From positions 99,946,001 through 100,010,000 of the forward strand of contig NC_086097.1 in assembly GCF_963921235.1 (NCBI RefSeq): 64,000 bases of DNA, given 5' to 3'. The notes under the pieces are model-generated. The model had not been told where the DNA came from. It was given only the letters and a program-made list of their open reading frames with translations, and searched no databases. The position numbers were made by a program, and so were the translations under genes. Below, piece by piece: positions 37,373 through 51,149 of this stretch; the first letter of the stretch is position 1, and every line of letters begins with the position of its first letter. Source of the DNA: Mobula hypostoma. Its lineage: Eukaryota.

Positions 37373-37456
37373 TATATTATTTTCTGTATTTCACATTATT
37401 AAAAATCCCCCCAGGAGAAGCTACACAGTGGTCTTGGAACGCTTCCTTCAAGCTAG

Positions 37457-37659
37457 TTAGAGATCGGTGTTATATGTATAGTGATAGAGATCTTGTTTGA
37501 CAGCCATTATCAGTCCAGGTACCCCTCTGCTCCCACCCAGTTGTGAAGAAAAGGCTATACTGGGAATCGAGTCACTGGAACCAGGGTGAGGAGATGGAAT
37601 AGTTCGAAGGAGGCAACCATCCTTCAGACTCCAGATCCGTGTATAGTGATCCTGGCCAA
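37457..37659 (-). CDS. DCAF4: DCAF4 (WDR21) last coding exon
   Basis: Minus strand ttttccag|TT GGC CAG...[70 protein letters not shown]; not in the ORF track. Confidence 0.92.
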
Positions 37660-38339
37660 CTGGAAAAAAAAAAAGTGATTTTTTTCTTTATTCTTTCTAT
37701 TTAAAATACTCATTCTCATGAAAGAAAATAATAAAATGCTTCCCCTCATTGAGTGTGCAGAAGTATTATTGTAACTAAGTCTTTTTACTACAGTTTTCTC
37801 CTTACGGAGTCAGGGGCAGTGGTTTTTTTTGGGTCCTTTCCACAAGATTCCTTGAAAGTAAATTATTTGGAGGTGAAAAGCAGTACACACTAGAAAAGTA
37901 TCTGCAAAGGTTCACTGAATTTAGCTCATTTTGTGTCTAATTCTTTCAGGAAAATTAAGTTTTAAGCTGTTAGAACTTTGGTACATCCAGTGAACGTTCT
38001 GATTTTGAGTTTCCTGGGGATGTTAGTATGCTCAAGACTTGGTTACAACTGTATTTATGTGCACTTTTATCTATTTATTTACACACTGTATCAATATTTG
38101 GATCTTCAAAAAAATTAAATACTAATTTTTAAACAGTCATCATATTTGTCTAAAATTGTTTTATTCCCAAGGAAAATTGAAGTGAAGTTTGTTAACCTCT
38201 TGGATAAAGAATTGACTCTGCCTGATCAATTTGGCTTTTAGCTTCCAATTTAATCTTTCAAGCTCTCTGAAGACCATGCTCTCCTTTACACAATCTTTTA
38301 CCTACTCGGTACATATCTCAGATGACACATCCACTCAGA

Positions 38340-41285
38340 ATTATAAATGACTTGGCTAAAGAAGTGGAAGGGTGAGTTAGTGATTTTGCAGACGACACAA
38401 AGTCTGGGGCACCGTGGATAGTGTGGAGGTTGCAGTGAGACATCGACAGGATTCAGAGCTGGGCTCAAGTGACAGAGTTCAACCCGGAAAAGTGAAGTGA
38501 TTTACTTTGGAAGGTCGAATTTGAAGGCAGGAGATGGTTAATGGCAGGATTCTTAGCAGTGTGTAGGAACAGTGCAATCTTGGGGTACATGTCCACAGAT
38601 CCCTCAAAGTTGCTGTGCAAATTGTTTGGGTTATTAAGGCATATGGTGTGTTGGTCTTCATTAGTTGGGGAACTGAATACAAGAGCTGTCAGGTAATGTT
38701 GCAGCTCTGTAAAACCCTGGTTATACCACATTGAGTACATAGTGCTGGAGAGGGATAGGAGCAGACAATTTGGGAAAATATTTAATTGGGGTAGGGGGAA
38801 ATATGATTCTATTAGACAGGAACTTGGGAGCAGACGTTCTCAGGAAAGCCCACAGCAGAAATGTGGCATATGTTCAGGGAACATTTGCATGGAGTTCTGC
38901 ATATTTGTGTTCCATTGAGGCAGGGAAAGGATGGTAGGGTTAAAGAACCATGGTGTAGAAAATCTAGTTAAAGAAAAGCTTACAAAAGGTTCAAGAAACT
39001 AGGTACTGTTAGAGCTCTAGAAAATTACAAGGTTGCTAGGAAGGAGCTTATGGAATTAGGAAAGCCAGAAAGGGCCATGAGAAGGTCTTGGTCAGCAGGC
39101 TTGAGGAAGACATCAAGGCATTCTACAAGTATGTGAAGAGCAAGAGGATGAGCTGTTTAAGAATAGGACTGATCAAATGTGATAGTGGAAATGTGCATAG
39201 AGTCGGAGGAGGCAGCAGAGGTACTTAATGAATACTTTGCTTCAGTATTCACCAGGGTAAAGGATCTTGGCAATTGTGGGGATGATTTATAGCGGACTGA
39301 AACACTTGAGCATATAGACATTAAGAAAAAGGATGTGCTGGAGCTTTTGAAAAGCATTAAGTTAGATAAGTCACTGGGACTGGATGAAATATACTCCAGC
39401 TTACTGTGGGAAGCCAGGGAGGAGATTACTGAGCCTCTTGCGATGATCTTTGTGTCATCAATAGGGATGGGAGAAGTACTGAAGGGTTGCAGATGATGTT
39501 CCCTTGTTCAAGAAAGGGAGTAGAGATAACCCAGGAAATTATAGACCAGTGAGTCTGACTTCAGTGGTGGGCAAATTGTTGAAGATCCTGAGAGGGATTA
39601 TGAGAGTTTGGAGAGACATAATCTGATTAGGAATAGTCAGCATGGCTTTGTCAAAGACAGATTTTGCGTTACAAGTCTGATTGAATTCTTTAAGGATGTA
39701 ACAAAACACATTGATGAAGGTACAGCAGTGGATGTAGTGTATATAGATTTCAGTAAGGCATTTGATAAGGTTCCTCATGCAATGCCCATTCAGAAAGTAA
39801 AGAGGCATGGGATCCAAGGAGACCTTGCTTTGTGGATCCAGAATTAGTTTGCCCACAGAAGGCAAAGAGTGGTTGTAGATTGTTTGTATACTGCATGGAG
39901 GTTGGTGACCAGTGGTGGTCTGCAGGGATCTGTTCTGGGACCCTTCCTCTTTGTGATTTTTATAAGTGACCTGGATGAGGAAATAGAAGGGTAGGTTAGT
40001 AAGTTTGCTGATGACACAAAAGTTGGGGGGTAGAGTGGACGGCTGTCAGAGGTTACAGTGGAACATCGATAGGATGCAGAACCGGGCTGAGAAGTGGCAA
40101 TTGGACCCAGGTAAGTGTGAAGTGGTTCATTTTGGTAACACAATATATATTGGCAGTGTGGAGGATCAGAGAGATCTTGAGGTCCATATCCATAGACAAC
40201 TCAAAGCTGCTGTGCAGGTTGACTGTATTGTTAAGGCAGCATATGGTGTGTTGTCATTCACCAACTGTGGGATTGACTTCAAAAGCCGTGAAGTAATGTT
40301 ACAGATATACAAGACCTTGGTCAGACCTCATGTGTTTCTGGTCACCTCACTACAGAAAGGATATGAATACTATAGAGACTGTGCAGAGGAGATTTATAAA
40401 GATGTTGCCTGGATTGGGGTGCATGTCTTATGAGAATAGGTTGAGTGAACTTGGCCTTTTCTCCTTGGAGCGATGGAGCATGAGAGGTGACCTGATAGAG
40501 GTGTATAAGATGATGAGGAGCGTTGATCATATGGATAGCCAGAGGCTTTTTTCCAGGGCTGAAATGGCAAACATGAGGGGGCATATTTTTAAGGAGCTTG
40601 GAAATAGGTACTGAGGGGATGTCAGGGGTAAGTTTTTCTCTCAGTGATGGGTGCATGGAATGCACTGCTGGTGGTGGAAGCAGATACAATAGGGTTTTTT
40701 AACAGCCTCTTAGATAGGTACATGGAGCTTAGAAAAATATAGGGCTATGTGGTAGGGAAATTCTAGGCAGTTTCTAGAGTAGGTTACATGGTCGGCACAA
40801 CATTGTGGGCCAAAGGGCTGTAGATTTATTCTGTGTTGTACGTTCAGTTCTGATTGCGACATTACAGTAGGAAGGATGTGGAGGCTTTAGAGAGGGTGCA
40901 GATGGGATTTAGGATGCTGCCTGGACTACAGGTTGAGCAGGTTTGAACTTTTCTCTTTGGAGCGGAGGATGATGAGAGATGACTTGATGGAGGTGTACCG
41001 TATGATTGAGTGGATAGCTAGAGGCTTCTTCCCAGGGCAAAATTACTAATATGAGTGGGCATAATTTTACAGTGATTGGAGGAAAGTATGAATGAGTGGC
41101 GAATGTAAGTTCTTTTCACACAGGGAATGATGGATTTGGAACACCTCGCCAGGGTGGTGGTAGAGGGAGATAAGCATATGAATTATTGGAAAACAGAGGG
41201 CTATGTAGGAGGGGAAGGGTTAGATTGATCTTAGTTTAGGTTAAAAGGTCGGCACAACATTGTACCTCTGCTGTGTTATTATGTT
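38340..41285 (+). mobile_element. CR1 nested within CR1 (inner copy ~38741-40838)
   Basis: NYRPVSLTSVVGKLL, QHGFVK, DVVYIDFSKAFDKVPH, FADDTK; outer copy breaks at ~38740 and resumes at ~40840. Confidence 0.85.
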
Positions 41286-41358
41286 CTAAAACAACCCCTC
41301 TGACAGCTCTACTCCCAATTTCTTTAGAGAGTGGGTAATAATTTACTACCACTAAAGG

Positions 41359-42090
41359 TGTAACACCCCGGTTAAGAATTTTGCTGCTATGCTGTAGGTA
41401 TTTTAGCAGTTCTGTAAGAGCGGTTTGTTCTGCTTTCAGCCTGTTTGGGTTTGAGCTGAGAAAAGGGGTTTTATTGTTCATCTTTGGAATGTGGTGTCAG
41501 CCGATCAGGATGGTGGAATTGGGAGAAGGTTGTGGAGAATGCTGAGCAGAGAACATTGGTGTAGTGTGAGGTCCTTGTTGGTGGGAGTTGGGAGCAGATG
41601 GGAGGGAAGATGGCTGAGAATGCCATCCCTGTTGCACAAGGTACTTTGTGCAGATGAATGCCTTCAAGGAGGAAGGACCAACATCACTGTGAACGAGACC
41701 GTTTATTCAAGATGGATTTCGAGCGACTTTCAAAAGGTGCAGTGTGTACATCAAAAACAATGGCTTCTGGAAGATTTAAGCTCCACTTTGCACCTCTGAC
41801 TGTTTCAGTATAATGGCCCCCTTTTGTTTTTTCTTTCTTTCCTTTAATAACTGGTTGCTTAAATTAACATTCTTAAATATACTTTATAATTGTATGCAGT
41901 GTACGTGCTGTCATTTCTTGCCAACGGGCAATTGCCGGGAGCAGTAAATCACACAGCATTCACAAACTGGGGTTTGGGTGGGCGAGACATCCAACCTCAT
42001 GGATTTGGTGGGACCAAAGTCGTATATACTCAAGGAGTACGAAGTGGGTTTCTCGCCATGGAGTCCCGTGGCTGTTAGCGAGGGGTTACG
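41359..42090 (+). mobile_element. Probable solo LTR
   Basis: TGTAACACCCC...GGGGTTACG inverted termini; TSD not clear. Confidence 0.45.
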
Positions 42091-43169
42091 AGCTGCATTT
42101 CCAGAGAAGCCCAGTAAAAGGGAGTTTCAAAGGAAAACCACAAGACCCTATGAATTATAATAATGAACCACCTTAGGCCAAAGTCAGAAAATGGGAAGCT
42201 TATTTGTGTGAGCTTATGAATTACTTCCACCGTTTCCAGGCTAAACTCCAATACTTGCTCATAATTAGCTGGGGCAGGAGGTTCACAGTGATAGTTGAAA
42301 GACCTGTGCACAAACACCACATGTTACAGTGCACGCCCCTCACCTGGCAGGAATATTTCAGCTGCAAACATCACTGAAAATGCAATTTCCAACTCTGCCA
42401 CTGTGAGGATGAAATATTTGGTGTATCAATTGAATTCTAATCAAGTTTGTAGTTTTAACTAATATTAGACAGGCCAGACTGTCCTATGGTGCTTTATAGC
42501 TGATAAAATATATTTGAAAGCAGGAACACAGCAGTCACTTGCACACAACCAGCAATGTACTAATCATCAGTTAGTGAGGTTATCAGAACATCAGTGTTCC
42601 CTACTGCTCATGGAATAGTTCGTAATGGATTGAAAGAGCAGTTCACATCTGTACAGCAAAATCTCTGATAATTCCTCAGTATTGTGTATTACATTAGCCT
42701 AGTCATAGTCATACTTTATTGATCCCGGGGGAAATGCTTTTCGTTATAGTTGCACCATAATTAAATAGTAATAAAACCATAAATAGTTAAATAGTAATAT
42801 GTAGCTCTGTGCTTGTCTCTGAACTCAGAACTATTGGGTTTGGGGCAATTTTGCTAACAACTATAACAGTATGAACACAAACCCTTACAAGACACACTCC
42901 ATATCCCCTTATACCAGTTCTTACCAATTCTCCTGTGATACGTAACATTCCCAGCACTGGCCGCGAGACCAGTATTGGGGTCACCTACTTCTTTTTGTTG
43001 CTGTTTGAGTTTTATGGAGAGCCTTTACAGAATCATGGACTAGTTACAGTACAAGAGGCCATTCATACTTCCTGCCCTACACAAGGTGAAAGGAAAATAT
43101 TCAAAGTGCAGAACAATTTTTTTAAATTTGTGGGTACCTGGAATGGGTTGCCAGAGATGATAGTGAATT

Positions 43170-44170
43170 GAACTGAATTGAATTGACTTATATTTCTTAC
43201 ATCCTTCATATCCATGAGGAGCAAAAATCTTTATGTTACGTCTCTGTCTAAATGAGCAATGTGCAATTTATAGTAATTTATAATCAATAGTATGTACAAC
43301 AGGACAGTCAATATAATATAGAAATACAATTGTACCAGCATGAATTAAGCAGTCTAATGGCCTGGTAGAAGAAGCTGTCCTGGAGCCTGTTGGTCCTGGC
43401 TTTTATGTTGCGGTACCATTTCCCAGATGGTAGCAGCTGGAACAATTTGTGGTTGGGGTGACTTGGGTCCCCAGTGATCCTTTGGGCCCTTTTTACACAC
43501 CTGTGTTTGTAAATATCCTGACTAGTGGGAAGTTCACATCTACAGATGCGCTGGGCTGTTTGTACCACTCTCTGTAGAGTCCCGCGATTGAGGGGAGTTC
43601 CCATACCAGGCAGTGATGCAGCCAGTCAGGATGCTCTCAATTGTGCCCCTGTAGAAAGTTCTTAGAATTTGGGAGCCCATACCAAACTTCCTCAACCGTC
43701 TGAGGTGAAAGAGGTACTGTTGTGCTTTTTTCACCACACAGCAGGTACGTACAGACCACGTGAGGTCCTCGGTGATGTGTATACCGAGGAGCTTAAAACT
43801 GTTTACCCTCTCAACCCCAGATCCATTGATGTCAATAGGGGTTAGCCTGTCTCCGTTCCTCCTGTAGTCCACAATCGGCTCCTTTGTTTTTACGACATTG
43901 AGGTAGAGGTTGTTTTCTTGACACTACTGTGTTAATCTCAAATAATAATGACTTCCTCATTATTATTTGAGATTAGACCAATCAATGTAGTATCGTCAGC
44001 AAATTTAATTGGCAGAGTGGAGCTGTGGGTGGTGACACGGTCATGGGTATACAGAGAGTAAAGGAGGGGGCTGAGGGGCACCTGTGTTGAGGGTCAGAGG
44101 GGCAGAGGTGAGAGATCTGACAGGAAGTCCAGGTTTTAGATACACAAGGCAGGGTGTTTAATAAGCTCAT
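43170..44170 (-). mobile_element. Rex1/Babar LINE 3' portion
   Basis: KFADDT, VERVNSFKLLGIHITEDLTWS, FYRGTIESILTGCITAWYG, RTNRLQDSFF; (TTCAA)n-like tail. Confidence 0.85.
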
Positions 44171-44244
44171 AGGTAAGCACATGTGTAGGGAATGGAGGGA
44201 TAGGGACATTGTGTAGTTTCATAAGACATGTAATTACTGGTTTA

Positions 44245-44417
44245 ATTAGTTTGGCCAATGACCAATTAACCTACCAACTGGTACATCTTTGGTCCGTGGG
44301 AGGAAACCCATGTGGTCACGGGGAGAAGGTACGAACTCCTGACAGGCAGCGGTGGGAATTGAACCCGGGTCTCCTGCACTGTGAAGCATTGTGCTAACCA
44401 CTACACTACCCTGCCGC
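44245..44417 (-). mobile_element. tRNA-derived V-SINE
   Basis: Minus A box-like gtagtgtagtggttagc and B box GGTTCAATTCC, then ttctccccgtgaccacatgggtttcctcc V-domain-like core. Confidence 0.7.
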
Positions 44418-44949
44418 CCTGTATGTGTACAGGCAGAATCCACTTCAACTTGGCAGTATGTGCAGCGCACGTTGTGGGCTGAAGAATGTTTGTTTGCTGA
44501 ACTATCTGCCCATTTGTACCTGTGTAGCAGTGCTTCCTTGGCACTGCCTTCCAGACCATAGAAGGGAGTTCTCTTGCATCATTTATGGTTCTTCTGTCAA
44601 TCACCTTCATTCTATACCCTTGCCTCTTGACCCCCTCTGTCACTTGGAAGAGTTTCTATCTACTGGGTAAGTAATCCTCACGATTTTAAATAAAGTCCCT
44701 TCACAGTCTCCTCTGTGTGTATCCACCTAACTAGTCCCTTCTGCCTGGGATCATTTGGGTAAATCTCTTTTCAACTCTCTGTAAAACCTTAACATCCTTC
44801 CTAAAGTTTGGTTCCAAGAAATGGACACAACACTTGTCCTTGCTTACACTCCTTACAAAGCTTAGAGTCCCATTTGCTTTTAACCAGTTTCTCAACTTGC
44901 CACGCCACTTTCAACAAACTCTACTCCAATCTTGTTGTTCCTGTGGTCC

Positions 44950-45430
44950 TTTTAGAATTGTCTGTTGGGATTTTGAGGAGAAATTTGGTATGTCACCAAA
45001 GACTCATGGAAGTTTCTGTAGATGTACGATGGCGAGCTTTTGGCTGGTTTTATCACAGCCAGTCTTGATGGATCACAAGAGACTGCAGAGGGTAGCAGGC
45101 TCAACGAGCTCCACCATGGGCACAGCCCTCTTCACCATTAATAATATCCTCAAGATGGCAGCATCCATCATTAAGGATCCTCCTCATTCAGGAAATGGCA
45201 TCTTCTTCTTACTCTCATTGGGGAGAAGGTGCAGGAGCCTAAAGACCCACAATCAATGATTCAGAAAGATCTTCCTGCGCACTATCGCATTTCTGAACTG
45301 TCCATGATCATTACCTCATCATTCCTGTTTTTGACACAATTTACATTGTAATTTTTAGTAATTTTATGTCTTAACACTGTACTGCTATGGCAAAACAACT
45401 AATTTTGCATCATATAAGCTAATAAATCAG
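44950..45430 (+). mobile_element. Rex1/Babar 3' fragment
   Basis: KRLQRVAG...AASIIKDPPHSG...GRRCRSLKT. Confidence 0.7.
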
Positions 45431-45499
45431 ATTATTTTTTTCTTTTATATTTTCCCTACCAAGATGTTGGCATTTTGTAATGTTTAATTTCATCAACAC

Positions 45500-46220
45500 T
45501 TACTCCCTGGTCCTCAGCCTTCTCACCGCCAGCCCCTGCATTCTACAGATCATTCTCCGCAATTTCTGCCATCTTAAAGGAGATTCCAGTACAGACACAT
45601 CCTCCCCTCTCTTCAGCTTTTCAGATACCAGATCCTCCGTGACTCCCTGGCCCACTCTTCTGTTCCCACCAAACACCCCACATCTTACAACATTTCCCCT
45701 TTAAACAGAGGCAACACAGTGCTTGATCTCCACCCTTTCACCACCGTCCGGGGACACAAAATGTCTCTCCAGAAGGAGCAGTGATTCACTGACACTTTCT
45801 AGTCTAGTATTCTGTGTTCAGTTCACAATGTGGTCTCCTCTACCCTGGGGAAACAGAACACATTCTGGCTGATTGTTGTGTAGAGTGCCTTCCTCTCCAC
45901 CATCTTCTTACTCTGGTTTCTTCCCCCTTCCTTTCCAGTCCTGATGAAGGGTCTCAGCCCAAAACGTTGACTGTTTGTTCCTCTCCATAGCTGCTGTTGA
46001 CGTACTGGGTTTCCAGCATTGTGTTCATGTTGAAGAGTGCCTGTCTTCTATCCACAGGACGTGACCCTGAGCTCCTTGTTATTTGCCACTTTAATTCTAC
46101 GTCCCACTCTGATCCATCCTGCACCGTCACAGTGAGGTCCAGCGTGAGTTTGTGGAACAACACTTCCTCTTCCATCTGCACACACAGCAGTTTTCTGGAC
46201 TCAGTAATGAATTCTACAAC
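45500..46220 (+). mobile_element. Degraded Penelope-like pieces with mutated hammerhead (45936-45973)
   Basis: CAGTC-CTGATGA-AGGGTCTCAGCCC-AAAA (G12 lost)-CG-TT-GACTG; GIY-YIG-like remnants. Confidence 0.55.
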
Positions 46221-46566
46221 TTTGTGAGCTTGATTTTTTAGCTATATCCATCACTCATCTGTGATACTGGTTCAGCTTGTTTGTTCATGGCCAGCCTGGT
46301 CTGCTGGGCAAGCCTCCTTCACATCCCGGAGGCTTACTCTCTAACTGCTCCCAGTCACTCACTCTCCAGATGAGTTTATTCACAGCTTATCCCCATGGTC
46401 ACCCTGGTTCCACTCCATCAGGGACAACCCCTCCCCAGCACTCCCTGCAGTTTAACAAGCTATTTGCCTTTCCTTCCCAATTAACCAGTTCTCTTCCCAC
46501 AGATGCAACCTGACCTGTTGAGGTTTCCAGCATGTTGTAATTTTATTATAAAAAGGTTAAACTTAC

Positions 46567-46681
46567 CAGCTAAAAGAACCCCTACTTCTTCATTGATGTG
46601 TATGGGGAGCTGAGCGTGCTTGTTGTAATGGCCTTCATACTGCTTGACACATCTTGCAGTCCTCAAGTCCCAAAGCTTAAT
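46567..46681 (-). CDS. DCAF4: DCAF4 coding exon (WD40, WDxR motif)
   Basis: cacag|ATT...GCT G|gtaagt; IKLWDLRTARCVKQYEGHYNKHAQLPIHINEEVGVLLA. Confidence 0.93.
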
Positions 46682-47742
46682 CTGTGGATTAGGAGAGGAA
46701 AGAAAGCCATGACTGGTATTAATTTCATCACATTTTCCAGAATTTTGATAGTTTATCACTCTCTTACCGGAGGCTGCTCAATGTGTAGGATAACCCCTCA
46801 TCATCCAACACAGTTACAGCACAGAAACAGACTCTTCTGCCCATCGAGTCAGTACCAACCATCAACCGCCTTTTTAATCGCACACACTCTCCCATCAACT
46901 CATTCCAGATTCCACCCTTCACCTGCACACGGGGTAACTTACAGCAACCCGCACCACTTCGGGATATGGGAGGAAGCTGGATCATCTGGAGGAAGCCCAT
47001 TCAGTCAAACAAGGTGCAAGGGCCATGACAAAGTAGATCGGGAGATCAAGAGTTGATCTTTAGGGACAGAGGTGGTGGATTTGCAGCTGTTGTGGGACTG
47101 TAGGCATCCTCCGCCAGATGGGAACAGAACATTTCCTCTCTCCTACACCGAGCCGCATTTGGGGGTATGGGTGGAGCCAAGTAGAGTTAGGAAAAGAACA
47201 GACTCACTCCCTTACGGAGTCAGCAAGCGGCCTCTCTTCCCGTGCCTGCTCACTCTCTGTCAGAGCGTTAGTGTGATCCTCTCCTACACACTGCTTCTGT
47301 TCATTTCCAACTTACAAACAGTTCCCAGGAATGGAACCCTGTTGTGATCCTGGGAACTCCTGGACCACAACCACCTTCCTTTCTCATCAGCAGCCAATAA
47401 AGGGATTCTTCCCCCCATAACCCCCAATGATTCCTGTTGACTATACTTGGGCTTCTTGTTTCCACATTTGAACAATTGCTGCGTTGGTGTCAAGGGCAGC
47501 TCCTCTCAGCTCACCTCTACAAACCTTCGGCCATTCTTGGACCAAGACCACGCACCGGTGAACAGGTTAGGTGCCACGAAGTAGCACTGAGGGTAATCAC
47601 TCCTATGACTCAGTAAACCCAATAAACATATCTAACACAGACAGAAGCAAATGACAGAAACCATGCAAAGGAAGCACACACCACAGGTAACACAACCTCG
47701 CACCTTCTACCTCTGCAGAAAAGAATACAATTGGAAGCATAC

Positions 47743-47919
47743 CTCCCCAATCATGTCTGCAGCCATGAGATAGTTTTCATCTTGCAGGAGTCGGATGCAG
47801 GTCACAGCAGAGTTATGGACGAAATTAGTACATTTCCAGCTTTGTCCTTTCCTTCTTTGTTGTCTGATGTCTATGCTGAAAATCTCACCAGACCGACAGC
47901 CATTGTACAATACTGGGAC
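47743..47919 (-). CDS. DCAF4: DCAF4 coding exon
   Basis: tgcag|GTC...GAG|gtatgc; VPVLYNGCRSGEIFSIDIRQQRRKGQSWKCTNFVHNSAVTCIRLLQDENYLMAADMIGE. Confidence 0.93.
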
Positions 47920-48088
47920 CTGCAGAGAGACTGCAGGTTGTGATTTGTCACAGTACAAAGGCAGAATACGTTGGGATATCCAAGGAAGCTACTTGTTATT
48001 TGACTGTTAGTTTATGAGTTACAGAAATGTGTTTACTAGGAGTCCCTCTGCAGCGGGACTAGAATGGTTGATTTCAATCTCCCATTAC

Positions 48089-48417
48089 TGTAGAGAGGGG
48101 TTCCACCAGGCCTGCATGAGCAGGCTCCTCCCAGTCTCCATCCAACTAACAGGAGTCACCTGCTTCTCATTTCCCACTCATCACCTGCAGCCAATTTAAA
48201 CCCAGCTCTCATCCACAGTCCTTGTTCACTCATATGAACCAGGCAACCTCAACCACTTGCTTCTAGACTTCAAGTTGCCTCGTTGCCTGTGAGTTTAGTA
48301 TCTGTTCTGTTGTTTTGTGGCCTTGAATGGCTGGTTATTTTGCAGTTTATTATTAAAGTTACTGCACACTGCTAAATTGCCTCTGTAGCTCTGTGTTTGG
48401 GTCAAGCCTTGTCTACA
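48089..48417 (+). mobile_element. Short solo LTR
   Basis: TGTAG...CTACA termini; TSD-like TTAC/TTTC; internal TTTAAA and ATTAAA. Confidence 0.55.
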
Positions 48418-48499
48418 TTTCCAGATGGGTTCCCACCTGCTTCAAATGGACATCAATCATCTGGTGCTGAAAAAGAGCAGGGTGACTGTTGCATGATAG

Positions 48500-49295
48500 C
48501 ACTCACATCCACTATGAGAAGCTGGTCATGGCCAGAGCAAGGACCTGGATCCACTCCAATTTGCCTACCACTACAGTGGACACAATCTTAGTGGTTCTCC
48601 ACTTAGCTTTGGAGCACCTAGACAACAGCAATACCTTTGCCAGGCTGCTGTTTATTGCTGTTAGCTTCAATTGCAATCACCCCTTCAGTACTAATTAACA
48701 AGCAACAACCTTCAAAACCTGAACCATTGTATCTCCATTTGCAGATATGCCATTAATCCTCGATTTCTTTAACAGCAGATCACAGAGTACAGCTCAGAAA
48801 TAACATCTCCTGCTTGCTGATAATCACGGATGCGTGCTTAGCCCACTGTCCTACCTGCTCTACACACTTGGCTAAACACGGCTCAAGTGCCATCTATAAA
48901 TCTGTCGATGACCCAACTATTTTTGGCAGAATCTCAGGTAGTGACAAGGTACACACGTATATACACACACACACACAAAGGGTGAGAAAGGACTGGTTGA
49001 GTGTCATCACAACCTCACCTGATCAAAGACCCTCACCATCCAAGACATGCCCTCTTCTCATTACTACCATTAGGGAAGAGGTACGGGAGCCTGAAGACCA
49101 ACACTCAATGTTTTAAAAAAGCTTCTCATCCGTCATCGGATTTCCGAACAGTCCATATACACTACCTCACTATTCATCATTTGTACTATTTATTTTGTAA
49201 CTTCCAGTGATTTTATCCTTTGGAATGGCCAGCTACAGCAAAAAAAAACACATTTCATGACATATGTCAATGACAATAAACGTGATTCTGATCCT
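48500..49295 (+). mobile_element. Rex1/Babar fragment
   Basis: LEHLDNSNTFARLLFI; IKDPHHPRHALFSLLPLGKRYGSLKT. Confidence 0.7.
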
Positions 49296-50386
49296 TGTCC
49301 ATTACATTCCAGCATCTGCATCAAAAGGTAAATAAGTATGCTCATCATACGGAACAAGCAGCTCCGAAACTGGAATTTCAAGAAGACACCTTCCTACAAG
49401 GCATTTCTGTATGCTTACCTTCGATGAACCTTTGCTTTATAAAAACACTGGAAATACTCAACAGGTCAAGCCATAGCAGTGAGAGGAGAAACAGAACTGA
49501 AGTTTTAGAGCAAAGCCCTTTAGTCAAAAATCTCAGCATTATTGTTACTGATACACAAACAGCAACTCATTTGTCATTGGCAAGATCTCACAAATAATAA
49601 TTTTTTTGGTGATACTGAAGGACACAATAAAATTTATGAACTTCTGTTGATAAATGAGCCATTCAAGTTCACATCCATAGCTTGGAAGTCAGAAAATGCA
49701 GACGTCCTAAAGATTCGCTGCATAGTCAAGTGCTGGAGAAGACCGTCAACCAACAGCTATGACTCAGCACTTTCATCTCACTTGGCCCTACCTCATCATC
49801 CCAGCCAGTAGTTTGGCTGCAAACAAACATGTGCAAATGTAGCATGGTCATATCAGTTGCTCTTTAACTGCTTCCTCCCCATGAATAAACCTGGAGGTTC
49901 CCAAGGAAGTTAACACATCCCCAGAAATCCATTATCCTAATCAACTCATGGACAATAGCACATACCAGAAGTGTGCTGATTGCTGAAAAATAATTAGCAA
50001 TCATCGACAAAAAATATATGCTAATATGTCAGCAGAAATTTCACGACTAGAAGTGTTTTCTTCAGGCCTAAGTCTGATCACTCAGGACTGTGTACAATGA
50101 TCAAAATGACCATTATGAACTTTTCAGGAAAGGCCTGGCCAATAATGTGCCACTACCAGTGTTGGCCACAGACCAGTATGACATTAATGCTCGGTGTAAG
50201 CACTGAATAGGAAACAGTCTGGTTCCACGGCCTCCTCCACTGTAAAGATGAAGCCACACTCAGGTTGGAGGAACAACACCTTATATTCCGTCTGGGTAGC
50301 CTCCAACCTGATGGCACAAACACTGACTTCTCTAACTTCCATTAATGCCCCTCCTCCCCCTCGTACCCCATCCGTTATTTATTAAT

Positions 50387-50427
50387 TATACACACACACA
50401 CACACATATATATACACATACATGCAT

Positions 50428-50496
<69 letters not shown>

Positions 50497-50515
50497 TTAT
50501 ATATATATATTTATA
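50387..50515. repeat. Compound (CA)n/(TA)n microsatellite
   Basis: Direct inspection. Confidence 0.95.
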
Positions 50516-50754
50516 TTCTTTTTCTCTCTCTCCCTTTTCTCCCTCTGTCCCTCTCACTATACTCCTTGCCCATCCTCTGGGCTTCACCCCTCCCCCCTTT
50601 ATTCCCCCTAGGCCTCCCATCCCATGATCCTCTCGTATCCCTTTTGCCAATCACCTGTCCAGCTCTTGGCTCCATCCCTCCCCCCCTGTCTTCTCCTATC
50701 ATTTGGATCTCCTCCCCCCCACTTTTAAATCTCTTACTAGCTCTTCTTTCAGTT

Positions 50755-50790
50755 AGTCCTGACGAAGGGTCTCGGCCCGAAATGTCGACT
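50755..50790 (+). ncRNA. Minimal type-I hammerhead ribozyme motif
   Basis: AGTC-CTGACGA-A-GGGTCTCGGCCC-GAAA-TG-TC-GACT; antisense to DCAF4. Confidence 0.6.
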
Positions 50791-51051
50791 GTACCTCTTC
50801 CTAGAGATGCTGCCTGGCCTGCTGCGTTCACCAGCAACTTTAATGTGTGTTGCTTGAAATTCCAGCATCTGCAGATTTCCTCGTGTTTGGTTCCACAACT
50901 CATCTGAAATGCTCGATAGCCAGCAAATTCACTCATAGTTTACAGAGTTTGCTTCATGTAATTGCATCCAGAAGACAACCTGTCCCTTCGTTTGTGAGTG
51001 CAGTGTGCTTTCTGGTAAAGGAAAAGCTCAGGATTTTAAATTCTGACTTAC

Positions 51052-51149
51052 CCTGTGAGCAAATTGCTGAGCAAGAACGTCGCTGCTTGTGCTGAATATC
51101 TGCTTTTGTCCTGTCACAGCGTCAGTCACAAAAACGCAATGCAACAAAC
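51052..51149 (-). CDS. DCAF4: DCAF4 coding exon
   Basis: cctag|GT TTG...AGG|gtaagt; GLLHCVFVTDAVTGQKQIFSTSSDVLAQQFAHR. Confidence 0.9.

Larger units (their letters stand above)
50229..50887 (+). mobile_element. Penelope-like 3' fragment with internal CA/TA microsatellite
   Basis: 9-bp TSD TGGTTCCAC (50220-50228, 50888-50896); GIY-YIG tail LRLEEQHLIFRLGSLQPDG. Confidence 0.85.

Noticed and set aside
44330..44417. tRNA gene
   Set aside because: A/B boxes run straight into a SINE body; no full cloverleaf evident.
50345..50936. ORFs with HTHT/YIYI/CVCV runs
   Set aside because: Translations of CA/TA microsatellite and Penelope UTR.
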